DNA of 64,000 bases from assembly GCA_002398825.1 (NCBI GenBank), contig DHBS01000006.1, positions 65,750 to 129,749 on the forward strand, read 5' to 3'. This DNA is from Syntrophomonas sp. UBA4922 (GTDB taxonomy: Bacteria > Bacillota > Syntrophomonadia > Syntrophomonadales > Syntrophomonadaceae). Every line of letters begins with the position of its first letter. Position 1 is the first letter of the stretch. The translations under genes and the position numbers were made by a program. Of this stretch, positions 1 through 10,296 are shown in pieces. Below the pieces are notes generated by a model. That model made no database searches and was not told where the DNA came from. It saw nothing but the letters and a program-made list of their open reading frames with translations.

Positions 1-168
1 ATGGCAGAACCGGCCGTATTATCAACGTTCTATATCGGTAGTATTGACTCGCATGACATCACCCCTCAATCCTTATATTAGCTATATAGTCGAGGAAAAT
101 TAGCTATATTAAAGATGCTCCCGCCAGCGGGATTCTTAGCCTAATAGCGGAGCGGTCTGAAAGGCCGT

Positions 169-1164
169 CTATACTACATATATTATGGGTATGCCGTTGA
201 GTTTTTGAGCCAGGATTTCCCTCAGATATGCCTCGGCCTGCTGCCGGATATCGGAATTATAGCAGTATTTGCCCCGTCCTCTCCCGGTCATCAGGGATTT
301 ATCGTATAATTGAACTGCCCTGGGGAAGGCTTCGGCATTAATGACCCGGTGGATATAGCTGTAAGTCATAAAGATGATTTCAATAAATAAATCCCGCTTG
401 AGTTCATCGCTGAGTTCGTCGGCCAGCTGCTCAATGAGCTGCGCATAAAGCTCTTTCCAGTTGTCCAGCAATACTACCGGCGCAATCAGAAGCCCCACTT
501 TGTAGCCCGCGGCATGCATTTGCCGCAGGGCCTGGATTCTTCCTTGCAAAGAAGAGGTGCCCAGCTCCAGCCTTTGGATGATCGGTTGGGGATTGACGCT
601 CATGCGCATGATGGTCCTGCCCCCGTGATTCAAGGGGAGCAGAGCCTCCACCATGTCGAACTTGGTGGGAAAAGTGAGGCAGCCCTTGGGACTTGTGGCG
701 AAGTTTTCTATGGTCCATTCCAGATTGCCGGTTATGGTATTCTCCAAAATCAAGTCGCTGTTGCTGCCGATTTCAAAGGTTAAATCCCGGGGTGAACGGC
801 AGGCGGTTTTCATGATTCGCTCCAGCATTTGCTCACGGTTGACAAAAAGCCGCAAATAGGAGCATTTATTGAAATTGCACACCAAATAGCAATAAAGGCA
901 CATGGCCTTGCAGCCGGACGAGGTGTAAGGAACCAGAAAATCCGAGACTTTGTGATTGGGGGTATATTTTAAACTCTTTCGCACCCCCAGGATCAGGTAG
1001 CGTTTCATGTACGCAAACTCCCGGTTGGGATTCTTGCGCAATTCTTCTATATTATTATGGCTTTCAACGGCTGTCCAGGGTACATGCGCAAACTTCTCCC
1101 GCAGTTGTCTGCCCAGTTCATAATTCAAAACCGCCGGCTCATAATATATTTTTTCCGGAAACAA
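169..1164 (-). CDS. splB: Spore photoproduct lyase (radical SAM)
   Basis: 331-aa ORF with radical-SAM CxxxCxxC motif (CKAMCLYC) and end-to-end SplB-like sequence; TTG start preceded by GGAGGTG. Confidence 0.85.
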   Translation of the reverse strand: MFPEKIYYEPAVLNYELGRQLREKFAHVPWTAVESHNNIEELRKNPNREFAYMKRYLILGVRKSLKYTPNHKVSDFLVPYTSSGCKAMCLYCYLVCNFNKCSYLRLFVNREQMLERIMKTACRSPRDLTFEIGSNSDLILENTITGNLEWTIENFATSPKGCLTFPTKFDMVEALLPLNHGGRTIMRMSVNPQPIIQRLELGTSSLQGRIQALRQMHAAGYKVGLLIAPVVLLDNWKELYAQLIEQLADELSDELKRDLFIEIIFMTYSYIHRVINAEAFPRAVQLYDKSLMTGRGRGKYCYNSDIRQQAEAYLREILAQKLNGIPIIYVV

Positions 1165-1428
1165 AGCCCCACCTCCTGGAGCTATTATCTCAAAGGGCGA
1201 TATTTCCTATACGCAAGCTGACCGGCCGGGAGCTGGAGAAACCTATGTCCAAGTGATTCCGATAATTTCGCTTATTACTATCTTTGATTTCATTTTGCAG
1301 CAACCGGCCGCTTAATTCCTCAATAAATTTCATGGTCGGACGCCAATCCCACTGCCTTCCCTTAATTGGCAGACAGTGCCACAGTTTAATCTTCAAACCT
1401 GATTATGCAGTTTCAAACTTGCCGATGG

Positions 1429-1452
1429 ATTGATTTTTGCTGTAAAATCAAT
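1429..1452. promoter_or_regulatory. Perfect inverted repeat ATTGATTTT-N6-AAAATCAAT, candidate operator upstream of the MntR-like gene
   Basis: 9-6-9 palindrome read directly, about 50 nt upstream of the ATG at 1501. Confidence 0.3.
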
Positions 1453-1500
1453 GCCAAGAAAAAGCGCGGTCATATGCAAATGTGAGGATAAGGACAGCCT

Positions 1501-1908
1501 ATGCAAAATCTAACCTTTACCATGGAAAACTATCTAGAGGCAATTTATGAACTTTCCAGAGACGGAAAAGGGGCTAGGGTATCGGATATCGCCGCCAGAC
1601 TGGGGGTCACCAAAGCGAGTACCAACAGCGCCGTGGCCACTCTTTCCGAAAAGGGCTTGATCGTCAATGAAAAGTATAAAGAAGTGTATCTTACTCCCGC
1701 CGGCCTTGAACTGGCGGAGTTTACCGCCAACAAACACCATGTCATCCGCCAATTTTTAATGACGATATTGAATATTGAGCCCATTGTCGCCGATAAAGAC
1801 GCCTGCGCCATTGAACACGTCATCAGTATGGATTCCATCAATGCTATGCAGGAGTTTATCCAAAATTATAAAGATAAAAATAAAGAGCACCCGGTCCGTG
1901 AAAAATAA
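1501..1908 (+). CDS. mntR: DtxR/MntR-family metal-dependent transcriptional repressor
   Basis: 135 aa; N-terminal MENYLEAIYEL..ARVSDIA..L.V...S winged-helix and dimerisation region closely resemble B. subtilis MntR; no C-terminal SH3-like domain. Confidence 0.8.
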   Translation: MQNLTFTMENYLEAIYELSRDGKGARVSDIAARLGVTKASTNSAVATLSEKGLIVNEKYKEVYLTPAGLELAEFTANKHHVIRQFLMTILNIEPIVADKDACAIEHVISMDSINAMQEFIQNYKDKNKEHPVREK

Positions 1909-1925
1909 TTTTTTTCATAAAAATC

Positions 1926-2741
1926 CTATATAAAAAGCAATAAGCTCACTGCAATCACTATCATACCGCCCATCAATCCGTAAATAGCCAGATGCGCTTC
2001 TCCATACTCCCTGGCCATGGGCAAGAGCTCATCAAGGGAGATAAAAACCATGATTCCGGCTACCAGGGCGAAAAGCACCCCAAAAACCATATCGTTGAAG
2101 AAACTAAATAGAATCAGATACCCCACCAGCGCTCCCACCGGTTCTGAAAGTCCCGATAAAAAGGAGAGCCAAAAAGCTTTGTGGCGGTTCCCGGTGGCAT
2201 AGTAGACCGGAACACTCACCGCAATTCCTTCCGGAATATTATGGATGGCAATGGCAAAAGCAATGGCAATGCCGAGGCCAGGGTCTTTAATGGCCATGGT
2301 GAAAGTCGCCAGCCCTTCCGGGAAGTTGTGAATGGCGATGGCCAAAGCGGTCAGCATGCCCATCCGCATGAGTTTGGTCGAGTCCACCGGTCGGGAGGAA
2401 GCCTCCCGGATCTCTCCGACTCTATGCGGTTCATGAGGATTTTCTTCCGCCGGAACCAAGCGGTCTATAAGCGCAATCAAAAACATCCCGGCAAAAAAGG
2501 CCCCGGCGGTGGCCCAATCGCCTGCGCTGGGTCCCAGAACCTGCCCTAATGCTTCTCTGGCCTTCTGATAGATTTCGACCATTGAAACATAGATCATGAC
2601 CCCGGCGGAAAAACCCAGCGCGACGGAAAGAAACTTGGTATTGTCGTTTTTGGTGAAAAAAACCAGCACACTGCCGATTCCGGTGGAAAGGCCCGCGGCC
2701 AGGGTCAAGGCAAAGGCGAACATGAAAGCAGAAGTATCCAT
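1926..2741 (-). CDS. zupT: ZIP-family divalent metal transporter (ZupT-like)
   Basis: 271 aa, polytopic membrane protein with duplicated AIAIHNxPEG motifs typical of ZupT/ZIP. Confidence 0.85.
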   Translation of the reverse strand: MDTSAFMFAFALTLAAGLSTGIGSVLVFFTKNDNTKFLSVALGFSAGVMIYVSMVEIYQKAREALGQVLGPSAGDWATAGAFFAGMFLIALIDRLVPAEENPHEPHRVGEIREASSRPVDSTKLMRMGMLTALAIAIHNFPEGLATFTMAIKDPGLGIAIAFAIAIHNIPEGIAVSVPVYYATGNRHKAFWLSFLSGLSEPVGALVGYLILFSFFNDMVFGVLFALVAGIMVFISLDELLPMAREYGEAHLAIYGLMGGMIVIAVSLLLFI

Positions 2742-2764
2742 TTGATTACCTCCATGCCTATAGT

Positions 2765-2784
2765 AAACCCTAGTATGAGGGTTT
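2765..2784. promoter_or_regulatory. Perfect inverted repeat AAACCCT-N6-AGGGTTT overlapping the putative zupT promoter; candidate metalloregulator operator
   Basis: 7-6-7 palindrome 24 nt upstream of the zupT start, adjacent to a TTGTCA -35-like hexamer on the minus strand. Confidence 0.3.
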
Positions 2785-2952
2785 TGACAAATGCTTATGC
2801 TTATTTACGATGTCAAATGAATAAACCCCCGCCCAACGAAAACATGAGCCAATCCTGCCCCCATTTTTATGAACCTAGCCAACCCCGGCTCTTCGGAAAT
2901 CACCTGTAGCTGGTTGTCAAATAGGACAGGGTTTTTCGCTGATTTTCATATA

Positions 2953-2997
2953 CTATGAAAAAGTACAGCAGGATGCCGGACATCCTGCTGTACTTTT
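2953..2997 (-). terminator. Intrinsic terminator after argG (symmetrical, could act in both directions)
   Basis: Perfect 17-bp stem AAAAGTACAGCAGGATG/CATCCTGCTGTACTTTT with 5-nt loop, flanked by A and T runs. Confidence 0.85.
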
Positions 2998-3047
2998 CAA
3001 ATCAGCTTTCCGATATGGTTGCTAATTATGCCAGGAAAAGCTGGCGC

Positions 3048-4259
3048 TCAACCTTGCTGGTTTTTAATTCTCCGCTCCAGCAAAGCCTGCACTTTCAAAG
3101 GCAGGCCGAAAAGGTTGATGAATCCTTCGGCATCTTGGTGGCTGTAGAATTCATCCTGGCTGAAGGTGGCCAGTTGCTCATTGTAAAGAGAATAGGGTGA
3201 TTGGGAGGCCACCGCTTCGCAACTGCCTTTATAGAGCTTGACCCTGACCGACCCGGTCACGGTCTTTTGAGTCTCGTTGATAAATGCATCCATGGCGTAG
3301 CGCAGTTTTGTGAACCAGTTGCCGTCATAAACCAGTTCGGCATATTTTACCGCCATCTGCTCTTTGAATTGCAGGGTGCGGCGGTCCAGGGTAAGCCGCT
3401 CCAGTTCTTCATGGGCGCGGTAAAGGATGGTTCCTCCCGGGGTTTCATACACGCCGCGGGATTTCATCCCCACCAGGCGGTTTTCCACCAGGCTGACGAT
3501 CCCCACCCCATTGGCCCCGCCCAAGCGGTTGAGTTCACTCAAGAGTTCCACCGGGCCGTAATCCTTGCCGTCCAGGGATACCGGTTCGCCCTGCTCGAAG
3601 CCTATCTCCACATAGGCGGGTTTATCCGGGGCCTGTTCCGGCGGTACGGTCAACACCAGGACATCATCTTTGCGCTCGTTGGCGGGATCCTCTAGATTTC
3701 CGCCTTCGTGGGAGATATGCCACAGGTTGCGGTCGCGGCTGTAGATCTTTTCCTTGCTGACCGGGACCTCCACCCCGTGAGCCAGGGCATAATCAATGGC
3801 GTCTTCCCGGGACTTGATGTTCCATTCCCTCCAGGGGGCTACAATTTTGAGGTCGGGATTCAAGGCCTTGACAGTCAACTCAAAGCGCACCTGATCGTTG
3901 CCTTTGCCGGTGGCGCCGTGACATACCGCCTCAGCTCCTTCCATCTCGGCCACCTTGACCAGGTATTTGGCGATCAAAGGCCGGGCAAAAGAAGTCCCCA
4001 GGAGGTATTTGCCCTCATATATGGCTCCGGATTTCATCACCGGGTAGACATACTCGCGCACGAATTCTTCTCTCAGGTCTTCCACATAAATCTTGGAGGC
4101 CCCTGATTTAACCGCTTTTTCACGCACCGGGTCCAATTCTTCACCCTGTCCCAGGTCGGCGCAGAACGCGATGACCTCATAGCCGTAATTCTCCCGCAGC
4201 CAGGGAATGATGATGGAGGTATCCAGCCCTCCCGAATATGCCAGAATGATTTTGGCCAT
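3048..4259 (-). CDS. argG: Argininosuccinate synthase
   Basis: [16 protein letters not shown]-terminus and full-length ArgG similarity; ATG at 4259 preceded by GGGAGGAAAACA (ORF track start 4274 is 5 codons upstream). Confidence 0.95.
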   Translation of the reverse strand: MAKIILAYSGGLDTSIIIPWLRENYGYEVIAFCADLGQGEELDPVREKAVKSGASKIYVEDLREEFVREYVYPVMKSGAIYEGKYLLGTSFARPLIAKYLVKVAEMEGAEAVCHGATGKGNDQVRFELTVKALNPDLKIVAPWREWNIKSREDAIDYALAHGVEVPVSKEKIYSRDRNLWHISHEGGNLEDPANERKDDVLVLTVPPEQAPDKPAYVEIGFEQGEPVSLDGKDYGPVELLSELNRLGGANGVGIVSLVENRLVGMKSRGVYETPGGTILYRAHEELERLTLDRRTLQFKEQMAVKYAELVYDGNWFTKLRYAMDAFINETQKTVTGSVRVKLYKGSCEAVASQSPYSLYNEQLATFSQDEFYSHQDAEGFINLFGLPLKVQALLERRIKNQQG

Positions 4260-4324
4260 GTGTTTTCCTCCCAATAGTGATATTTATGACATTAATATTT
4301 TAACCCGCTTCAATCCCCTGTTCG

Positions 4325-4801
4325 TCAATTTTCTTCAAAGCCGGCCGGATAATCCCAGGAATAAGCATGGATGTCCTCTCTTTGCACCCAGCCCAGTCCT
4401 TCGTAAAAAGTGATGGCACCGCTGTTGTCCCGGTAAACGAACAGGTTTACCTTGACGGCTCCCCGCTGCCTCATTACTTTGAGACAGCGCTCCAGCAGAA
4501 CCTTTCCCAACTTCCGACGGCGCCAGGGGGGCGAAACCGCCAGATGATATATCATCCCCCGCCGGCCGTCGAATCCGCCCAGAATGGTGCCCACCATAGT
4601 TTCTCCCTGCCATGCTATCAAGCAGGAGCCCGGATTATTGGTCAGCATTATCTCCAATGCCCAGGGTTCATCGCTGCGGCCCAGGCCGACCCCATCGATT
4701 TCCTGCCAGAATTCTATCATAGCTGGTATGTTCTCCGGCCTGGCTTCTTCAATCACCCAGTTCGACTCCATCCCCTCCCCCAAGATAATCAGAACCTGCA
4801 A
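4325..4801 (-). CDS. GNAT-family N-acetyltransferase embedded in the arg cluster
   Basis: About 150 aa with GNAT acetyl-CoA motif (HLAVSPPWRRRKLGKVLL); start uncertain (TTG 4801 or ATG 4771). Confidence 0.75.
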   Translation of the reverse strand: MQVLIILGEGMESNWVIEEARPENIPAMIEFWQEIDGVGLGRSDEPWALEIMLTNNPGSCLIAWQGETMVGTILGGFDGRRGMIYHLAVSPPWRRRKLGKVLLERCLKVMRQRGAVKVNLFVYRDNSGAITFYEGLGWVQREDIHAYSWDYPAGFEEN

Positions 4802-4803
4802 GT

Positions 4804-5745
4804 TTATATGGTTAAAGCCATGATGGCTTTATGAGCATGGAGACGGTTCTCCGATTCGTCGAAAATGGCTGACTGCGGTCCGTCCATGACCTCGTCGGTA
4901 ATTTCTTTGCCCCGTTTGGCGGGAAGGCAATGCAATACTATGGCATCAGGGCGGGCCAGGCTCATCAGCTGGTTGTTGACCTGATAACTCCGGAAGGCCT
5001 GCTCTTTCTGACCGGCCTGCTCTTCCTGCCCCATACTGGCCCAGACATCGGTATAGATGACATCGGCATCTTGAGCGGCCTGGGCCGGATCGTTAACCAC
5101 CCACAGCCTGGCCCCGCTCTGTTCCGCATCTTCCCGGGCTTGTTTGAAAACTACCGGATCAGGTTCATACCCGCCCGGAGAAGCGATGACTACGTCCATG
5201 CCCACCTTGGCGCCTCCGTAAAGCAATTCATGGGCCACATTGTTGCCGTCGCCGATGAAGGCCAGTTTCAGGCCTTTAAGCCCGCCTTTATGCTCCAGAA
5301 TGGTCATCATATCGCCGATCACCTGGGTGGGGTGCAGAAGGTCGGTGAGGCCGTTTATGACCGGAACCGAGGACCAGCGGGCCAGTTCCAGCACTTCATC
5401 ATGATCAAAGGTGCGGATCATAATGCCGTCCAACATGCGGGCCAGAACCAGTGCGGTGTCTTTGATGGTTTCACCCCGGCCTAATTGTATGTCTCTGGGG
5501 CTTAAAAACAGGGCATGGCCGCCCAGTTGATACATCCCTACTTCAAAAGCCACCCGGGTGCGGGTGGAAGCCTTCTGAAAGATCATGCCCAGGGTTTTTC
5601 CGGCCAGGTAAGAATGGGCGACACCCTTTTTCTGAAGCTTTTTAATTTCAACCGCGGCTTCAAGTATGTAAGCCACTTCCTGCGGCGTAAAGTCATGTAT
5701 GCTTATAAAATCCCGGCCCCGTATGAGATCACTGAGTTGGTACAT
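4804..5745 (-). CDS. argF: Ornithine carbamoyltransferase
   Basis: 313 aa; STRTR carbamoyl-phosphate motif, HPTQ and HCLP motifs. Confidence 0.95.
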   Translation of the reverse strand: MYQLSDLIRGRDFISIHDFTPQEVAYILEAAVEIKKLQKKGVAHSYLAGKTLGMIFQKASTRTRVAFEVGMYQLGGHALFLSPRDIQLGRGETIKDTALVLARMLDGIMIRTFDHDEVLELARWSSVPVINGLTDLLHPTQVIGDMMTILEHKGGLKGLKLAFIGDGNNVAHELLYGGAKVGMDVVIASPGGYEPDPVVFKQAREDAEQSGARLWVVNDPAQAAQDADVIYTDVWASMGQEEQAGQKEQAFRSYQVNNQLMSLARPDAIVLHCLPAKRGKEITDEVMDGPQSAIFDESENRLHAHKAIMALTI

Positions 5746-5788
5746 TTAATACACTCCTTCATATATATATTTCTTCTAGGCGATGATT

Positions 5789-6982
5789 TCAGCCGGCAGC
5801 TGATTCCCCCAAAACCTGGGCAAAGATAGCCACAGCCTGCTCGATCTCATCATCACTCACCGTCAGGGGAGGCACCATGCGCACCACTTTGGGGCCGGCT
5901 CCTACCAGCAGCAGGCCCTTGCTCATGCAGCGGTTAATGATGTCAGCCACTTCCACAGACATCTCAATCCCCACCATAAGCCCCTGACCGCGAATTTCCA
6001 CTATGCGCGAGTCTGAGATGCCCTGCAGCTTGTTCATCAAATACTGCCCGGCCTGGCCGACCCGGTCCAGGAAAGGCCTGGCGCTTATTATTTTCAAAAC
6101 CTGTTCTGCAACCGCGGTTGCCAGGAGATTGCCCCCGAAGGTTGAAGCGTGGTCGCCGGGGGCAAAGCCGCTGGCGGCCCGGTCGGTGCTGAGCATCGCT
6201 CCGATGGGGAAACCTCCCCCCAGTCCCTTGGCTATTGAGACTATATCAGGCTTGACCCCGTAGTTCTGGTAGGCGAACAGACTGCCGGTGCGTGCCATGC
6301 CGCACTGCACCTCGTCAAAAATGAGCAGAATGCCTTCTCGGTCGCATAAATCCCGCAAGCCTTTGAGGAAGTCGGCCCGGGCCGGCCTGATGCCGCCCTC
6401 GCCCTGCACCGGTTCAACTAAAACCGCAGCGGTCTCTTCATTGATCAAGGCTTTCACTGAATCCAGATTATTGAACTCGGCGTACTGGAAGCCCTCCGGC
6501 AGAGGGGCAAAGCCTTCTTGGTATTTCAACTGTCCGGTGGCGGTAACCGCGGCCAGGGTGCGTCCATGAAAAGACTGTAAAAAGCTGATGATGTGATTGC
6601 GCCGGGGCTGACCCTGGCGGTAAAAGTATTTGCGGCTCAGTTTTATAGCGGCTTCGACGGCCTCGGCGCCGCTGTTGCAGAAGAAGACCTTATCCAGGCC
6701 GGAGCCTTCCACCAGTTTGGCGGCCGCTTTGACCTGCGGCTCAATCCAGTACAGATTGGAGATATGCCACAGGGTCTCGGCCTGTTTTTTGATTACTGCC
6801 ACCAGCTCGGGGTGGCAGTGTCCCAGGATGCAGACCGCGATGCCGCCCACAAAATCGAGATAGGCTTTGCCGTCCGCATCCCACAGCAGGCCCCCTTGCC
6901 CGCGCACAAAGGACAGCGGATAGCGCCCATAGGTGTTCATTATGTACTGCTGCCCCTGAGCAGCAATATCAACATTGCTCAT
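5789..6982 (-). CDS. argD: Acetylornithine aminotransferase
   Basis: Class-III PLP aminotransferase (DEVQCGMARTG) in arg cluster; ATG 6982 preceded by GGGAGG; longer ORF-track start would overlap argB. Confidence 0.9.
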   Translation of the reverse strand: MSNVDIAAQGQQYIMNTYGRYPLSFVRGQGGLLWDADGKAYLDFVGGIAVCILGHCHPELVAVIKKQAETLWHISNLYWIEPQVKAAAKLVEGSGLDKVFFCNSGAEAVEAAIKLSRKYFYRQGQPRRNHIISFLQSFHGRTLAAVTATGQLKYQEGFAPLPEGFQYAEFNNLDSVKALINEETAAVLVEPVQGEGGIRPARADFLKGLRDLCDREGILLIFDEVQCGMARTGSLFAYQNYGVKPDIVSIAKGLGGGFPIGAMLSTDRAASGFAPGDHASTFGGNLLATAVAEQVLKIISARPFLDRVGQAGQYLMNKLQGISDSRIVEIRGQGLMVGIEMSVEVADIINRCMSKGLLLVGAGPKVVRMVPPLTVSDDEIEQAVAIFAQVLGESAAG

Positions 6983-7022
6983 AACTGCGACCTCCCTAAA
7001 TTTAAACTGCAGGTCTGAAAGC

Positions 7023-7886
7023 TCACTCATCAACCACCATAGTGCCTATACCTTCTTTGGTGAATATCTCCAAAAGGATGGCATGCGGAACCCGGCCATC
7101 GATGATATGGGTTCGGCCTACCCCGGCCCGCACCGCTTCCAGGCAGCAATCCACCTTGGGGAGCATGCCTCCGGCGATGGTGCCGTCTTTTATATACTGA
7201 TCGACATCGCTCAGTTTCAATACCGAAATCAGTGTGGAAGGATCCCGGGCATCTTTCAACAGTCCGGGAACATCGGTTAATAACACCAGTTTATCAGCTT
7301 TCATGGCAGCTGCGATAGCCGAAGCCACCAGATCGGCATTGATATTGTAGCTGTCCTGGTTTTCATCGATGCCGATGGGCGCGATGACGGGGATATAGTT
7401 GTTGGCGATCAGGGTTTCAATGATCCCCGGGTTAATCTGCACCACCTCACCCACATAGCCCATTTGGGCAGTATCCCCTACCGGGCGGGCTTTGATCAGG
7501 CTGCCGTCTTTGCCGGAGATGCCGATGGCTTGACCGCCGTTGGCGTTGAGGCCGGCTACGATCTCTTTATTGACCTTGCCCCCCAGAACCATCTCCACCA
7601 CTTCCATGGTTGAGCGGTCGGTGACCCGGAGCCCGTTGACGAATTCACTCTTGAGGCCCAGGCGTTTCAGCATTTGGGTGATCTCCGGCCCCCCGCCGTG
7701 CACCACGATAGGGTTCATCCCCACATATTTCATCAATACGATATCCTGCATGATCTTCTGTTTGAGGTCGCATTTCGCCATGGCTGCGCCGCCGTATTTT
7801 ATCACCACGGTGCGCCCGTAAAATTCCTTTATATATGGCAAGGCCTCCACCAGGATCTCAGCTTTTTCCAGGGCTGACAGGTGCAT
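7023..7886 (-). CDS. argB: Acetylglutamate kinase
   Basis: VVIKYGGAAM and VHGGGPEI motifs; ATG 7886 preceded by GAGGAGGAG. Confidence 0.93.
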   Translation of the reverse strand: MHLSALEKAEILVEALPYIKEFYGRTVVIKYGGAAMAKCDLKQKIMQDIVLMKYVGMNPIVVHGGGPEITQMLKRLGLKSEFVNGLRVTDRSTMEVVEMVLGGKVNKEIVAGLNANGGQAIGISGKDGSLIKARPVGDTAQMGYVGEVVQINPGIIETLIANNYIPVIAPIGIDENQDSYNINADLVASAIAAAMKADKLVLLTDVPGLLKDARDPSTLISVLKLSDVDQYIKDGTIAGGMLPKVDCCLEAVRAGVGRTHIIDGRVPHAILLEIFTKEGIGTMVVDE

Positions 7887-7970
7887 CTCTTTCTCCTCCT
7901 CACGGTTACTAAATCGATCCGCCAGTATCCAGTCTATGCCCACTTCTGGGAATGTGTGTATACACCCGTA

Positions 7971-9176
7971 TCAGGTGCGGTAGTCCGCATTGATTTTCAC
8001 ATAGTCGTAGGAGAGGTCGCATCCCCAGGCAGTAGCCTGACCATCACCGGACTTCAAATCCACGATGATGGTCACGTTCTCCCGCTCCAGCTCTTTACGG
8101 GCCTTTTCCTCGTCAAAACTCAAGCCCATGCCGTTCTGGCACATCTTTTCCCGCCCCAGGTATATGTCTACCCGGGAAGGATCGAAAACGGCCCCGGAGT
8201 AGCCGGCTGCAGCCAAAATGCGTCCCCAGTTGGCATCATGGCCGAAAATAGCGGCTTTGGTCAGGTTGGATGCGGTGATAGAGCGGGCTATGGTGCGGGC
8301 CGCATTCTGATCCGCAGCTCCAACCACCTGAACCTCCACCAGATGATTGGCCCCTTCGCCATCCCGGGCGATTTTTTTGGCCAGGGCGGTGTTGACATAG
8401 TCCAGAGCCGCCTTGAAAGTCTTGTAATCAGGGCTGTGTTCATCATCAATGACCGGGTTGGCCGCCAGTCCATTGGCCAGGATCGCGGCCATGTCATTGG
8501 TCGAGGTATCGCGGTCCACACTGATCATGTTATATGAAATCCCTACCGAGGATTTAAGCAGTTTATTCAGGCACTCCGCTTCGATGTTGGCATCAGTGGT
8601 GATGAAGGCCAGCATGGTTGCCATATTGGGGTGGATCATGCCGGAGCCTTTGGCAATGGCGCCGATAGTTACGGTTCTGCCCTGCAGTTCGATCTGCACT
8701 GCTATCTCTTTCTTCACCAGATCGGTGGTCATAATGGCCATAGCGGTATTGCCCGAGCCCTCTGGGGTCAGGGTGGAAACCGCCTGCTTTACCCCGCAGA
8801 GCACCCGCTCTAAAGGCAGCTGCACCCCGATGACCCCGGTGGAGGCCACCAAGACATCCTGAGGCTCGATATTCAGCAACCCGGCTGCGTAAACTGCGGT
8901 TTCAATGGCATCGTCCAGCCCTTGTTTCCCGGTGCAGGCGTTGGCGTTGCCGCTGTTGACCACAATCGCCTGAGCCCTGCCGTTTTCAAGATGACTTCTG
9001 CACACATCCAGGCAGGCCGCATGGACGACATTAGTGGTATAAACTGCGGCTGCAGTGCAGGGCAGCGCTGAATAGATGACCGCTACGTCCCGGCGGTTCT
9101 TATATTTAATCTCGGCACACACCCCCTGGGCCAGGAAACCCTGGGGCGCGGTTATGCCTCCTTCAATTACTTTCAT
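7971..9176 (-). CDS. argJ: Bifunctional ornithine acetyltransferase / N-acetylglutamate synthase
   Basis: 401 aa; ArgJ autoprocessing region ATMLAFITTDA. Confidence 0.93.
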   Translation of the reverse strand: MKVIEGGITAPQGFLAQGVCAEIKYKNRRDVAVIYSALPCTAAAVYTTNVVHAACLDVCRSHLENGRAQAIVVNSGNANACTGKQGLDDAIETAVYAAGLLNIEPQDVLVASTGVIGVQLPLERVLCGVKQAVSTLTPEGSGNTAMAIMTTDLVKKEIAVQIELQGRTVTIGAIAKGSGMIHPNMATMLAFITTDANIEAECLNKLLKSSVGISYNMISVDRDTSTNDMAAILANGLAANPVIDDEHSPDYKTFKAALDYVNTALAKKIARDGEGANHLVEVQVVGAADQNAARTIARSITASNLTKAAIFGHDANWGRILAAAGYSGAVFDPSRVDIYLGREKMCQNGMGLSFDEEKARKELERENVTIIVDLKSGDGQATAWGCDLSYDYVKINADYRT

Positions 9177-9211
9177 TGTTATTTCCTCCGCTTCAACTTA
9201 TCGGGTCGTTA

Positions 9212-10249
9212 TCAAGGGTATACCCCGGCGCCGGCTATAGCCTCGTGCTCGGGCTGCCCCAGCAGCAGGTTGAGGTTTTGCACGGCCTGACCGGAAGCCC
9301 CCCGGTTGAGATTGTCTATGGCCGATACCAGAATGACTCGCCGGCTGAGCGGGCTGACATGCAGCCCGATATGTACATAGTTGCTGCCATACACCCATTT
9401 GGTATTGGGCACGGTATCACCCGGCAGTATTTTGATAAAGCGCTCCTGATGGTAGAATTCCTCCAGGGTGGCGCGCACCTTTTCGGCCTTAACCCCCTGG
9501 GCCAGCCGGGCGTAAGCAGTGGTGAGGATGCCGCGGTTCATGGGAACCAGATGCGGGGTGAAAACCATTTCCACTTCACACCCGGCCGCCAAGCTCAGTT
9601 CCTGAGCGATTTCCGGGCCGTGGCGGTGGCTGCCCACCCCGTAAGCCTTTATGCCCTCATTGACCTCACAGAAGTGGCTGCTCTGTTTCAGGGTGCGCCC
9701 CGCCCCGGATACGCCGCTCTTGGAGTCAATCACCAGACCTTCGCATTCCAGCACCCCCGCTCGCAAGAGCGGCGCCAGGGGTACAATGGCGCTGGTAGGG
9801 AAACAGCCCGGATTGGCGATCAGACGGGCCGCTTTGATTTCCTGGCGGTATAATTCTGGCAGGCCGTATACCGCTTCTTTGAGCAAGCCCGGTTGAGCAT
9901 GGAGCAGTTCGTAATAATGCTCGTAAAGGGCCGCGTCTTTCAGGCGAAAATCGGCTCCCAGATCAATGCACTTGATGCCCGCTGCCAGCAGCTCCGGGGC
10001 CATTTCCATGGAAACCCCGTGGGGAAGCGCCAGAAAGGCTGCTTCACAGCGACCCGCCAGTTTTTTTACGTCGCTCTCTTCGCAGGTCAGGTCACAAAAA
10101 CCGCTGAGATGGGGATATAAATAATCAATACGTTGGCCTATATTTTCCGTGGATAATACCGCGATCACTTGAACCGCAGGATGTTGGGCCAGTATTCTCA
10201 ACAATTCCGCGGCGGTATAGCCGTCGCCTACAATTCCAACCTTATGCAA
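9212..10249 (-). CDS. argC: N-acetyl-gamma-glutamyl-phosphate reductase
   Basis: 345 aa; active-site region ANPGCFPTS; first gene of the arg operon; TTG start 10 nt after AAGGAGG. Confidence 0.93.
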   Translation of the reverse strand: MHKVGIVGDGYTAAELLRILAQHPAVQVIAVLSTENIGQRIDYLYPHLSGFCDLTCEESDVKKLAGRCEAAFLALPHGVSMEMAPELLAAGIKCIDLGADFRLKDAALYEHYYELLHAQPGLLKEAVYGLPELYRQEIKAARLIANPGCFPTSAIVPLAPLLRAGVLECEGLVIDSKSGVSGAGRTLKQSSHFCEVNEGIKAYGVGSHRHGPEIAQELSLAAGCEVEMVFTPHLVPMNRGILTTAYARLAQGVKAEKVRATLEEFYHQERFIKILPGDTVPNTKWVYGSNYVHIGLHVSPLSRRVILVSAIDNLNRGASGQAVQNLNLLLGQPEHEAIAGAGVYP

Positions 10250-10296
10250 CGCCCTCAGGCCTCCTTGTTATAATTCAAAGTTAAAAACTCTTATAA

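Noticed and set aside
1-81. Possible 3' end of a plus-strand gene entering from the left edge (frame 1 open to TAG at 79..81)
   Set aside because: Only 26 codons are visible and no family can be recognised.
1190-1396. 68-aa minus-strand ORF just upstream of splB, possibly a SplA-like regulator
   Set aside because: No recognisable similarity to SplA/TRAP-like proteins and no convincing RBS. Position alone is insufficient.
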